This document shows, one piece after another, positions 8,151 to 18,543 of a stretch of DNA of 64,000 nt. The position numbers and the translations under genes are program-made. The notes beneath the pieces were generated by a model. The model ran no database searches. It was not told the origin of the DNA and was given only the letters and a program-made list of their open reading frames with translations. The stretch is from Spirochaetota bacterium (GTDB lineage: Bacteria; Spirochaetota; UBA12135; COTS27; CAXSBA01), in NCBI GenBank assembly GCA_965277105.1, contig OZ255710.1, forward strand, positions 24,730 to 88,729, given 5' to 3'. The number at the start of each line of letters is the position of its first letter. The stretch's first letter is position 1.

Positions 8151-9338
8151 ATGGATATTTACGAAATAAATTTTAAAGCTAATTCTTTTATCACCGTAGA
8201 AAATGAGTTAGATTCTAATAACTTTTTTATCATTAAGTCAGGGCAGATTAAATCCACCAATTCAGTTAATAAAATTTCAGGCAACCAAGTTTTATCGAGT
8301 GGTGATTTTTTTGGGGTCATTTCAGCCATGACTAATCGCCCTCGCTTGGAATCAACTTTTGCTATTTCCGACACTAAGCTTATTGTTTTTAATAAAAAAA
8401 ATTTTGGCGTACTGTTAAAAAAATCTTCTCCTTTTGCTTTAAAAATAATTAAAACTTTTTCTAATGAATTAAGGATTTACGATAAAATTTTAGCGGAAAA
8501 AACCACTAAGCAAAATAAAAATAAAGATCAAGTAGAAGAGCAGCACTTATTTGACATTGGCAAGTTTTATTATTCTAACGAAAATTATCAAAACGCTACT
8601 TATGTTTTTCTCCAGTTTATCAAACATTATCCTGATTCAGCATTAAATTCTGAAGTTTTAAAGTGCTTGCAGAAAATTGATAATAAATTTATTTTTAAAA
8701 ACAAAAATCGCTATCAATCGTTAAAGGTTAATTTTAAAAAAAACGAGATGCTTTTTTGTGAAGACGAACCGGGTTTTGAAGCGTTCATCATTAAAAAAGG
8801 TCGAGTGAAAATTACTAAAATTATTAACGATAAGGAAGTTCTCTTAGCTGTTTTAAAACCAGGAGATATTTTTGGAGAAATGGCCCTTTTAAATAACACG
8901 AAACGAGCTGCTTCGGCAGTTGCTTTTGAAGATACTGAATGCCTACTTTTGAATATAGAAAATTTCAATAAAATCATTCAAGAAAACGTCACTTTAGCGG
9001 TAAAATTAATCACGCTACTAAGTGAGAGAATTTGGACCGTTTATAAGCAAATTGAAAATTTATCGTTTAAAAAAATTAAGACAAGGATTTTTGACACTCT
9101 ATATACCCAAGTTTTAAATCACAATATTAAAATAGCCCCTAGGCAACAGTACTTATTTTCCATCGGAACTCGAGAATTAGGCGAGATGATTGGGCATAAT
9201 GATGAAGAGTTTGAAAAGAGTATAAAAGAAGTGCTCAATGAACGGTTTTTATCGCTTTACAATGATAAATTTTTATGCACGGATACTTTTGAGTTAAAGA
9301 AAGAAGCGGAATTTGTTAAAAAAGCCGATAAAAGATAA
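8151..9338 (+). CDS. Dual cyclic-nucleotide-binding-domain protein with TPR-like linker and Crp-like C-terminal segment
   Basis: 395 aa. The first cNMP-like barrel is divergent (GDFFGVISAMTNRPR). The second is canonical (GDIFGEMALL..KRAASAVA). C-terminal TRELGEMIGH resembles a Crp HTH. Confidence 0.65.
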   Translation: MDIYEINFKANSFITVENELDSNNFFIIKSGQIKSTNSVNKISGNQVLSSGDFFGVISAMTNRPRLESTFAISDTKLIVFNKKNFGVLLKKSSPFALKIIKTFSNELRIYDKILAEKTTKQNKNKDQVEEQHLFDIGKFYYSNENYQNATYVFLQFIKHYPDSALNSEVLKCLQKIDNKFIFKNKNRYQSLKVNFKKNEMLFCEDEPGFEAFIIKKGRVKITKIINDKEVLLAVLKPGDIFGEMALLNNTKRAASAVAFEDTECLLLNIENFNKIIQENVTLAVKLITLLSERIWTVYKQIENLSFKKIKTRIFDTLYTQVLNHNIKIAPRQQYLFSIGTRELGEMIGHNDEEFEKSIKEVLNERFLSLYNDKFLCTDTFELKKEAEFVKKADKR

Positions 9339-11118
9339 CCATAAAAAAATAATTTTTTTCACGGTTGTTAAAAAAAATTTTGGGAATGCTCATTGGTTAA
9401 GGACTAGGCATTATGCTAGCCACTTTACTCATAAAATTATTTGGGCCTTTCACGATCAAAACAGCGAAACCCTTAAAGAATTAACTTTTACTAAAACGAC
9501 TTCCCCCTCAATTGTTCGAGAAGTTAATATCAATGATATCCCTCTAGAAATTAAAAAGATTAATCCAGCTTTATTAGTTTTTGATCTAAGGGAATTATTT
9601 GTCGACTTTTTCCAAAAAGTTTTATCCACTACTAATTGTTATTCGCTAATTTTCGATACCCAGGAAAATGAAATTACGAGAAAAATTAACTACATCATTA
9701 ATCCGCTTCCTTTATTAGAAAAATCTCCTAGCAATTTAGCCGGCTTGGATTATTTGAAGTTAGAGAAATTCCCTAACATAAAAAATAAAAAAGAGCACAT
9801 CGTTTTTTATTTTGGCACTTTGGATAATCCTCATTATTTTCGAGATGCTTTTCAAAAAGTAGGCCGGCTTATCGCCAACTCTCCCGAGTTAAAAGGTAAA
9901 AAAATGATTGTTATCATCGAAAATATTCACCTACCTTTTTTAAAAGTATTTGTTAAGACTTATCTTAAGAGTATTGAGGTTTTATTTAAACAAAGGTTGG
10001 CTACTTTTAAAGGGCTAGTTAAATTAAACCCTATTTTGTTTATCACCCATTATGGGATTTCTCTTTTAGAGGCATTGAAAAACAACATCAACGTACTGGT
10101 TTTTGCTCCCACTAAATACCATAGAAAATTAACCCAGGCTTATTTTGCTGATTTGACCTATGATAAAAATACAACTTTTGCGACAATTGTTAAAAGTTGC
10201 GAGAATTATGCCATTGATCATAAAACTGGAGCAAAAGAAAAAATCATTGTGCCTATTATAAAAAACTTGCTGGGGGGGGTGAGAATTACTCGCTGCCCAA
10301 TATGTGGGGATAGTGAGTTGGAGGTAGTTCATCGGCGGGGATGGATGAACCTGGTAAAATGTTTAAAATGCCAAGTGGTTTTTCAAGAAGCATTCCCGTT
10401 GAAAGAAATATTTAACATAAAAAAAATTGATTATCAAAAAGATTACTTTTTAAAAGACTATGAAAAGCAATACCAAAAAACCTACGTAGGTGATAGAGAA
10501 AATATTGACCGATTGAATAACGCTAGGATAAAAATCATTAAAAAGTTTATACAAGGTGGGAAGTTACTAGATATTGGTTGTGCTTTGGGATTTTTTTTAG
10601 ATATTGCTAAAGAGAATGGTTTTGAGACTTTTGGCAACGATATCTCTCTTTACGCTACTAAAAAAATAAGCCAGCATACTGTCATCAAAGGGGACTTTTT
10701 AAAAGCAAAAATTCCTTACGCATCATTTCAAGTGATAACTTTGTGGTTTGTCATTGAGCATTTTCTTGTTTTAGATGAACTACTTAAGAAAATAGCCCAG
10801 CACCAAGAAGTAGGAGGAGTTTTGGCTTTCTCTACTCCTAACGGTAAAGGGCTTAGTGCGCGTTTTGCTGAAGATGATTTTTTAACTAATTCACCGATGG
10901 ATCATTATTTTATTTTAAGTAGTAAGAATATTAAAAAGCTATTAAAAAAATACGACTATCGTTTGTTAAAAATAAAATCCACTGGGATTCATTTCCATCG
11001 TTTTAAAAAACTCTTCCCTTGGCTGGCTTTTTTTATTAGAGAAAAGTTGTATAATTCTTTGGCTAGTTGGTTAAACTGGGGAGACACCATAGAAGTTTAC
11101 GCTAGCAAAGAAAAATAA
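9313..11118 (+). CDS. Fusion protein: GT-B-like (MurG/PseG-like) N-terminal half, Cys4 zinc ribbon, class I SAM methyltransferase C-terminal half
   Basis: 601 aa, TTG start overlapping the upstream gene by 26 nt. CPICGDSE..VKCLKCQ zinc ribbon; methyltransferase motif I KLLDIGCALGFF. The N-terminal call is weak. Confidence 0.55.
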   Translation: MLKKPIKDNHKKIIFFTVVKKNFGNAHWLRTRHYASHFTHKIIWAFHDQNSETLKELTFTKTTSPSIVREVNINDIPLEIKKINPALLVFDLRELFVDFFQKVLSTTNCYSLIFDTQENEITRKINYIINPLPLLEKSPSNLAGLDYLKLEKFPNIKNKKEHIVFYFGTLDNPHYFRDAFQKVGRLIANSPELKGKKMIVIIENIHLPFLKVFVKTYLKSIEVLFKQRLATFKGLVKLNPILFITHYGISLLEALKNNINVLVFAPTKYHRKLTQAYFADLTYDKNTTFATIVKSCENYAIDHKTGAKEKIIVPIIKNLLGGVRITRCPICGDSELEVVHRRGWMNLVKCLKCQVVFQEAFPLKEIFNIKKIDYQKDYFLKDYEKQYQKTYVGDRENIDRLNNARIKIIKKFIQGGKLLDIGCALGFFLDIAKENGFETFGNDISLYATKKISQHTVIKGDFLKAKIPYASFQVITLWFVIEHFLVLDELLKKIAQHQEVGGVLAFSTPNGKGLSARFAEDDFLTNSPMDHYFILSSKNIKKLLKKYDYRLLKIKSTGIHFHRFKKLFPWLAFFIREKLYNSLASWLNWGDTIEVYASKEK

Positions 11119-11165
11119 GAAACTTATAACTAGTTTTTTCTAACTTTTACTATTCTTTTTAAAAT

Positions 11166-11194
11166 TTGACTTTGGTTTAAAAAAAAATTATATT
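11166..11194 (+). promoter_or_regulatory. Candidate sigma-70-type promoter of groES-groEL
   Basis: TTGACT (11166-11171), 17-nt spacer, TATATT (11189-11194), about 40 nt upstream of the groES start. AGGAGG RBS at 11227-11232. Confidence 0.45.
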
Positions 11195-11236
11195 CTGTCT
11201 AAGAATATTACTTACTATAAATTTTTAGGAGGAAAC

Positions 11237-13166
<1,930 letters not shown>

Positions 13167-13191
13167 TAAAAAAAAATTAAATTTTTCTAAA

Positions 13192-13243
13192 AGAGGAAGT
13201 TAAAAGTTATAAAAAAATTCTTTTAATTTCCTCTATTTTTTTT
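13192..13243. terminator. Bidirectional intrinsic terminator between groEL and the convergent OmpA-family gene
   Basis: 15-bp stem AGAGGAAGTTAAAAG (13192-13206) pairs with CTTTTAATTTCCTCT (13220-13234), one G:U pair. 13-nt loop, then T8 (13236-13243). An A-rich tract precedes it, so it reads as a terminator on both strands. Confidence 0.7.
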
Positions 13244-13248
13244 CTGAT

Positions 13249-16200
13249 TTATTCTTCTCTTTCTTCTAAATAAAATTCTACTCTACGATTTTTTCGGTAG
13301 TTCTCTTCGGTTAGTTTTTCTCGAATAATAGCGTCAATATTTTCATCTATCACTTTTTCTGCTTGGATTAATAATTCACTTTCTCCTACACCGGTGTATT
13401 CTAGCCTTTCGCTATTGGTTACTCCTCTTTTTACGATAAACGAATACACTCGCTTGGCTCTTTTGATTGATAAGTCTTGATTGTACTCTTCGCTTCCCCT
13501 AGAATCAGTATGCCCAACAATATTGATTTTGTAAGTGGGAAAACGATTAAGCATTCTTATGAGTAGGGCTAAAGTCCTTTCGTATTCCCCAATCATTTCA
13601 TCGGAGTCAAATTTAAAATTAATGTTATTTAAAATAATTCTCAGTCTGCCATCGGGGAGTTTTTCAACTAAAATATCTACCAAAAAAGGGCTTTGATTAA
13701 CTGTGACTAATCCTACTTCGTCTTCTATTCGAGAAAAAATCAAATATTCAGTAGCAGATTCTACTTGGCTATTATTTTCTCCTTTCCCGTCCCACTGAAC
13801 AATTTCACTAAACTTTTGGTTAAGTCCATCTTGCCAGTCCCAAGTTTGTAATGGCAATTGTTCTTGCAGGTAATTTTCCAGGGTATTTTCAAATTTTTCT
13901 CCGTTTGAAAATTCCACCTTGCGAAAAATCCAAGTATTAATTTTTTTTATTTTGTAATCATCATTAGCCAGCAATCGAATTGTTAAGTTTTCATTGATGC
14001 CATCATTATCCGGAGAGAATAAATCGGGTTCGCTAAATGCTTCAATGTTAGGTTCTTCGTTGTCAATATAAATGTTTTCATCTACTCGTGGGCTATTTCC
14101 GGAATTAAAAAAAGCTTGACTAGTTAGTAGATAGTCACCAGTTGGCAGGAGGGTTTTGTTTTCTAGGTTTAATACAAAAGGAGTTGTATCGTTTTGGCTA
14201 TTTAACAATTCTAAATTATCATTAGCTAGATTTAAATAGTAATCAACTTGCTCTAACCCTTTGGTGGAATTTAAACTAGGAGTAATAGTAAGGTTTTTTA
14301 TTTTTGCTGCTTGCTTTTGCGAGATAACTTTTTTATTTAAGCCAATGGTTAATTCTTCTATATCGGTGATCAACTGAAATGGCTTGCTTTTATAAGTGGC
14401 TTGGTTTTGGGCATGGTCAACTGTATTTATTTCATAAATGTAAAAGTTGTCGGGAGATAATGTATTGTTTTTCCCAGTGCCCTGCCAAACGACCTTAGGG
14501 GGAATTTTTCCTTGCCAGGCAAACTCTCTAAAAACCTTATTATCCTTATCTTTTATTTTAAGTAAAAATCTATCCTCTTCTTTTTTCAGTTTACTGGGGT
14601 TTAGAATATTTTCAAATTCAATGGTATCTAAATTCCCATCGTTATTGGGCGAGAAAATAAGTTTTTTCGTTTTAATGGTTAGATCTACCGGGGTGGTATC
14701 TAGGTACAAGGGTTTTAGTGGTGTGGTGGTTGTTTCTTTAGTGGAAAATTCTCCTTTAAAACTATAAAGGTATTTATTGTCGGAGGCTAATTTCCCATTA
14801 TTGTCTTTACCATCCCATTGCCATTTTTCTTTGAGTTGGGTTACAGGGATAGTTTTAATCATTTTTTTCTTTTCATTTACGATGCGAATTTGCCCTTTGG
14901 TAAATATTTTGCTATAAGCGTTATTTATTTTTAAGGTAAAAATAGCCTTGTCTAATCTTTTGTCGTTATTGGGAGAAAAGGAAGAATTATCGGCGGTGAA
15001 GGCGCTATTGAGTTTTTCGGTTATCAAGGTAAATGGTTTAGTGTCCAGTATGCTAATATTTGCTACTTCATCCTCGCCAATTAAAGTGTAAATATATTTT
15101 CCGCTAATCTGTTCTTGATTATTGTCTTTCCCATTCCAGGTGAAATTTTCAGGTAAGCTACTCCCAAAATTTTGAATAAAAACAATCTCTCCATCTTCAT
15201 TTTTAATTTGTGCTTTATAGGTATCGTTTTTTTCCCCTTTAGCTTTTTGGTTTATTCTAATAGCCCTATTCCCTTTTTTAGTTTTAGGGTTGAAAAATTC
15301 ATTTTCTAACGCTACTTGTAAAGCAGGAGGAGTCTTATCCACTTCAAAAGAAAACTGGTTAGATTCAATTAAGTTCCCCGAGTTATATCCTGCTTTTATT
15401 TTGGCAGAATATAAACCATCTTTTAGAGGATTGTTTTTTTCATCCTTCCCATCAAAGCTTACTTCTTTAACGAAATTATTATTTTGATTTAATTTTTTAA
15501 TGACCTTTCCATCTTGATTGTGGATGGTTAATGCCCAGTTTTCTAATCCATTTAAACTAGAGAGCTCATTTTTAAAAGTTATTGTGTCAAAGTATCCATC
15601 TTCATTAGGCGAAAAAATTTTAGCCGAACCAGTTAGCTTTGCTTCTTCAAAACGGGTAATTAAAGTAATGGCATCCTCTAGAGTAGAAGATTTATTGCCC
15701 GCTAAATCTTCAGCAAATAACTCAATTTTATATTTACCTTCGGGAAGCTTTTTCCCTTTATTATTTTCTCCTGCCCATTTAAACAAAACGTTATCACTCC
15801 CTTCGGCTTGAAAGACTTTTTGGTTTTTTTCATCGAGAAAAGTTAAATTCCATTTATCAAATTCTTTAAAGCGTTTAACGTTAATATCTAAAAGCAGGTT
15901 ATCTTTTCGCTTGTCTTCATTGGGCGAGAAAATTTTTTCTGCTAATTTGAGCTCTACTTCTGGAGGAGTGGTGTCAAGGATAATAGGAATGAAATTACTT
16001 TCTTCTTGGTTGCCAAATTTATCTTCAGCAAAAATTTTAATATAATAAATACCATCTTTTAAATTATTTGCTTTATTGTCTTTCCCGTTCCAATTAATAA
16101 AATTAGGATCTTGAATGATTTTATCTTTGGCAAAAATTCTAGCGAAAAATTTTTCAAAATTCAAACTTTGTTTTTTAGCATTTTCTGATTGGATGGTTCT

Positions 16201-16404
16201 AATGGTTTTAAATTTTTTTTCTCCAATTTTTTCTAAAATTAGCACTCGCCATTCAATTAAGTTTTCTTCTTTAATTTTAAAAGGGATTTTAATGGTATCT
16301 TTCACTCCATCTAAGTTAGGCGAAAAGTACTGATTTTCATTATTTATGCCTAATTCAGCAAAAAGATAACCACTTAAAAAAAGTAAGAAGATTAGCTTTT
16401 TCAT
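13249..16404 (-). CDS. Large secreted envelope protein: at least seven FlgD-Ig-like (FSPNxDGxxD) beta-sandwich repeats plus a C-terminal OmpA-like peptidoglycan-binding domain
   Basis: 1051 aa with signal peptide MKKLIFLLFLSGYLFA. Repeated FSPN(E/N/L)D.. and W(N/D)GKD..DG.Y motifs every 100-110 aa. C-terminus INIVGHTDSRGSEEYNQDLSIKRAKRV is OmpA/MotB-type. Confidence 0.8.
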   Translation of the reverse strand: MKKLIFLLFLSGYLFAELGINNENQYFSPNLDGVKDTIKIPFKIKEENLIEWRVLILEKIGEKKFKTIRTIQSENAKKQSLNFEKFFARIFAKDKIIQDPNFINWNGKDNKANNLKDGIYYIKIFAEDKFGNQEESNFIPIILDTTPPEVELKLAEKIFSPNEDKRKDNLLLDINVKRFKEFDKWNLTFLDEKNQKVFQAEGSDNVLFKWAGENNKGKKLPEGKYKIELFAEDLAGNKSSTLEDAITLITRFEEAKLTGSAKIFSPNEDGYFDTITFKNELSSLNGLENWALTIHNQDGKVIKKLNQNNNFVKEVSFDGKDEKNNPLKDGLYSAKIKAGYNSGNLIESNQFSFEVDKTPPALQVALENEFFNPKTKKGNRAIRINQKAKGEKNDTYKAQIKNEDGEIVFIQNFGSSLPENFTWNGKDNNQEQISGKYIYTLIGEDEVANISILDTKPFTLITEKLNSAFTADNSSFSPNNDKRLDKAIFTLKINNAYSKIFTKGQIRIVNEKKKMIKTIPVTQLKEKWQWDGKDNNGKLASDNKYLYSFKGEFSTKETTTTPLKPLYLDTTPVDLTIKTKKLIFSPNNDGNLDTIEFENILNPSKLKKEEDRFLLKIKDKDNKVFREFAWQGKIPPKVVWQGTGKNNTLSPDNFYIYEINTVDHAQNQATYKSKPFQLITDIEELTIGLNKKVISQKQAAKIKNLTITPSLNSTKGLEQVDYYLNLANDNLELLNSQNDTTPFVLNLENKTLLPTGDYLLTSQAFFNSGNSPRVDENIYIDNEEPNIEAFSEPDLFSPDNDGINENLTIRLLANDDYKIKKINTWIFRKVEFSNGEKFENTLENYLQEQLPLQTWDWQDGLNQKFSEIVQWDGKGENNSQVESATEYLIFSRIEDEVGLVTVNQSPFLVDILVEKLPDGRLRIILNNINFKFDSDEMIGEYERTLALLIRMLNRFPTYKINIVGHTDSRGSEEYNQDLSIKRAKRVYSFIVKRGVTNSERLEYTGVGESELLIQAEKVIDENIDAIIREKLTEENYRKNRRVEFYLEEREE

Positions 16405-17423
16405 TCAATTGTTCCTTCCTCAATGATCCCTTTCTCACTAAAAGAGGAAGTATCAATTTCTGGGTTAGTGTTATCTAGTTCCCCAAAACGAAAGTCTAAG
16501 CTTAGTTTATGAAGGAAGGCATCAGAATTAAAATCATTAAAAACTAAAGCGTAATTAATGTCCAGCTCAATAGTATCTAATTCAAAATTAAAACCAGTTC
16601 CTATGGTTAGAGGAAACTCAGAATCTAAATTAGGATTATGATAATAACCCGTGCTAAAATAAAATTCCTTTAAAGTACTGCTTTTAAACAAAAGGCTGTT
16701 ACGCCATCCTAGATTAATGTTTTCCCTAATTGGGAAGATTAAAGCTGCGTCCATAACTATTCTCGAAACCCAGTTGATGCTTTTTTGAGAAGGGGTGAAA
16801 TTAATAAAATCAAAACCAAAGCCAGCTCGGAAAAGATCCATTTGTTTTAAGTAATTCTTTTTATTAGTTTGCGGAACAAACCCAACATTCCTAGCTCCTA
16901 CCCCTAAGTAAATATTTTCAAAAACAAAAACGTCTCCCCCAAAACCAATAGCAGGCTTATAAACGATGTTCGCGCTTCCTACTAAACCTAAGTTGGACTC
17001 TTCTTCTTTGAGTTCAAAATAATCAATATCTATTTTAAAGCCAAATAATAATTGCTTGGTTATTTCTTTGCCAAAGCCAAAGCTGCCTGAGAAAAAATAA
17101 TCTTCGTCTTGAGAGTTAATAAAGTGATGATAGCCTCCAGAAAAAACCCCAACAGTGGTGGGGTGAAAGTAATGCAGAGTAAGGGAATGATACTCGTTAT
17201 AAAAAATACCGGTATTGATAAAAAAATCTTGCCTTAAAAAACTTCCACTAAGTGCAATGTTATCAACTGCTGTTTCATCTTGGTTGTCTAGTCCATACGC
17301 ACTTCCGCCTAGCCCTACTGCCTCCACGCTTTTGCCTAGCGCGGATAAATTATCTTTAGGGTAATACTCGCTAAAAATATAGCTATTAATCAATATAAGA
17401 ATTGCCCAAAATATTTTTTTCAT
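16401..17423 (-). CDS. Putative outer-membrane beta-barrel protein
   Basis: 340 aa with a signal peptide. Alternating aromatic/Gly-rich amphipathic strands (GFGFDF, GTGFNFEL, LSLDFRFG). Its TGA stop overlaps the ATG of the downstream OmpA-family gene (ATGA). Confidence 0.55.
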   Translation of the reverse strand: MKKIFWAILILINSYIFSEYYPKDNLSALGKSVEAVGLGGSAYGLDNQDETAVDNIALSGSFLRQDFFINTGIFYNEYHSLTLHYFHPTTVGVFSGGYHHFINSQDEDYFFSGSFGFGKEITKQLLFGFKIDIDYFELKEEESNLGLVGSANIVYKPAIGFGGDVFVFENIYLGVGARNVGFVPQTNKKNYLKQMDLFRAGFGFDFINFTPSQKSINWVSRIVMDAALIFPIRENINLGWRNSLLFKSSTLKEFYFSTGYYHNPNLDSEFPLTIGTGFNFELDTIELDINYALVFNDFNSDAFLHKLSLDFRFGELDNTNPEIDTSSFSEKGIIEEGTIE

Positions 17424-17501
17424 TTTTTTAAAGATATCCTCCTTTGATTTATTATAAATATCGTTTAAATTGAAATTTTTTTAATAAAATATTCGTTTTA
17501 G

Positions 17502-18461
17502 TTACTTGCTTTTTTTTATCTCTTCGATGGTATAGCGGGGGTAAGCTTTGGCTTCGATATAAACTTTCCCAACATACTCCCCAATAACTCCTAAAAAAAA
17601 CAGTTGGATCCCTCCCAAAAAATAAGCAGCTAAAAACAGGAAAACTTCTTTAGGAAATTCTAAGTTAGTAAAGAAATGGATTAATGAAATGGTGATAAAA
17701 GTTAAAAAGCTTATCGCCATAAAAAAAACTCCAATAAAGCTACTAATGCGAAGGGGGATAATGCTAAAACCAGATATGCCGTTCCAAGCTAGGGAAATCA
17801 TTTTCCTAAAAGTATACTTGGTTTTGCCATAAATTCTTGGTTTAATATCATAATAAACCGAGGTGTTTTTAAGGTTCATATTGGCAAAAATGCCCCTTAG
17901 GTAAACATTTTTTTCTTTTATTTTTTTAAATATTTTTAAGGCACTTTTACTAACTAGGCGGTAATCAGAATGATTTTTAATGGCTCTAATTTTAAGCCAT
18001 TTCAAAACTTTATAATAACTTAAAGCAAGAATTTTTTTAACAAAAAAATCAGGATCGCGATTTTGTTTCACCCCAAACACGATATGGTTGCCATTATTAT
18101 AAGCTGCTAGCATTTTTTCGATGACTTTAAGATCATCTTGGAGATCGATATCTACGGAAATTGAGCAATCGCATTTATCACTCACGTAATCTAAACCAGC
18201 GGCTAGCGCATTTTGATGCCCTACGTTATCGGCTAGTTTTACGGCTAGTACATTGGGGTTCGTGCTAGATAACTTTTTAATTATTTTCCAGCTATCGTCT
18301 TTGCTTCCATCGTCGATAAGACAAATAAAGCTGTTTTTTTTAATTTTCTTTTTTTTTTCTAAAGCAGTTAGAGTTTTTTTTAATTCTTTAAATGACCAAT
18401 TAAGGGTTTCTGCTTCGTTAAAGCAAGGAGATATAATTGCTAGTTTTGGGGGGGCGGCCAT
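17502..18461 (-). CDS. Family 2 glycosyltransferase, polyprenyl-phosphate sugar transferase type (GtrB/ArnC-like)
   Basis: 319 aa. ISPCFNE..IDDGSKD..VDIDLQDD motifs and two C-terminal TM helices. C7 run directly after the start codon. Confidence 0.8.
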   Translation of the reverse strand: MAAPPKLAIISPCFNEAETLNWSFKELKKTLTALEKKKKIKKNSFICLIDDGSKDDSWKIIKKLSSTNPNVLAVKLADNVGHQNALAAGLDYVSDKCDCSISVDIDLQDDLKVIEKMLAAYNNGNHIVFGVKQNRDPDFFVKKILALSYYKVLKWLKIRAIKNHSDYRLVSKSALKIFKKIKEKNVYLRGIFANMNLKNTSVYYDIKPRIYGKTKYTFRKMISLAWNGISGFSIIPLRISSFIGVFFMAISFLTFITISLIHFFTNLEFPKEVFLFLAAYFLGGIQLFFLGVIGEYVGKVYIEAKAYPRYTIEEIKKSK

Positions 18462-18543
18462 GAAATAAATTTATTAAAAAAATATTCTATCTTCAATATA
18501 AGAAATTATATAATAAAAATTACTACAAAATTAAAAAAGAAAA

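Noticed and set aside
11119-11236. Searched the groES upstream region for a CIRCE element (TTAGCACTC-N9-GAGTGCTAA).
   Set aside because: No match or near match. Only a sigma-70-like promoter is visible.
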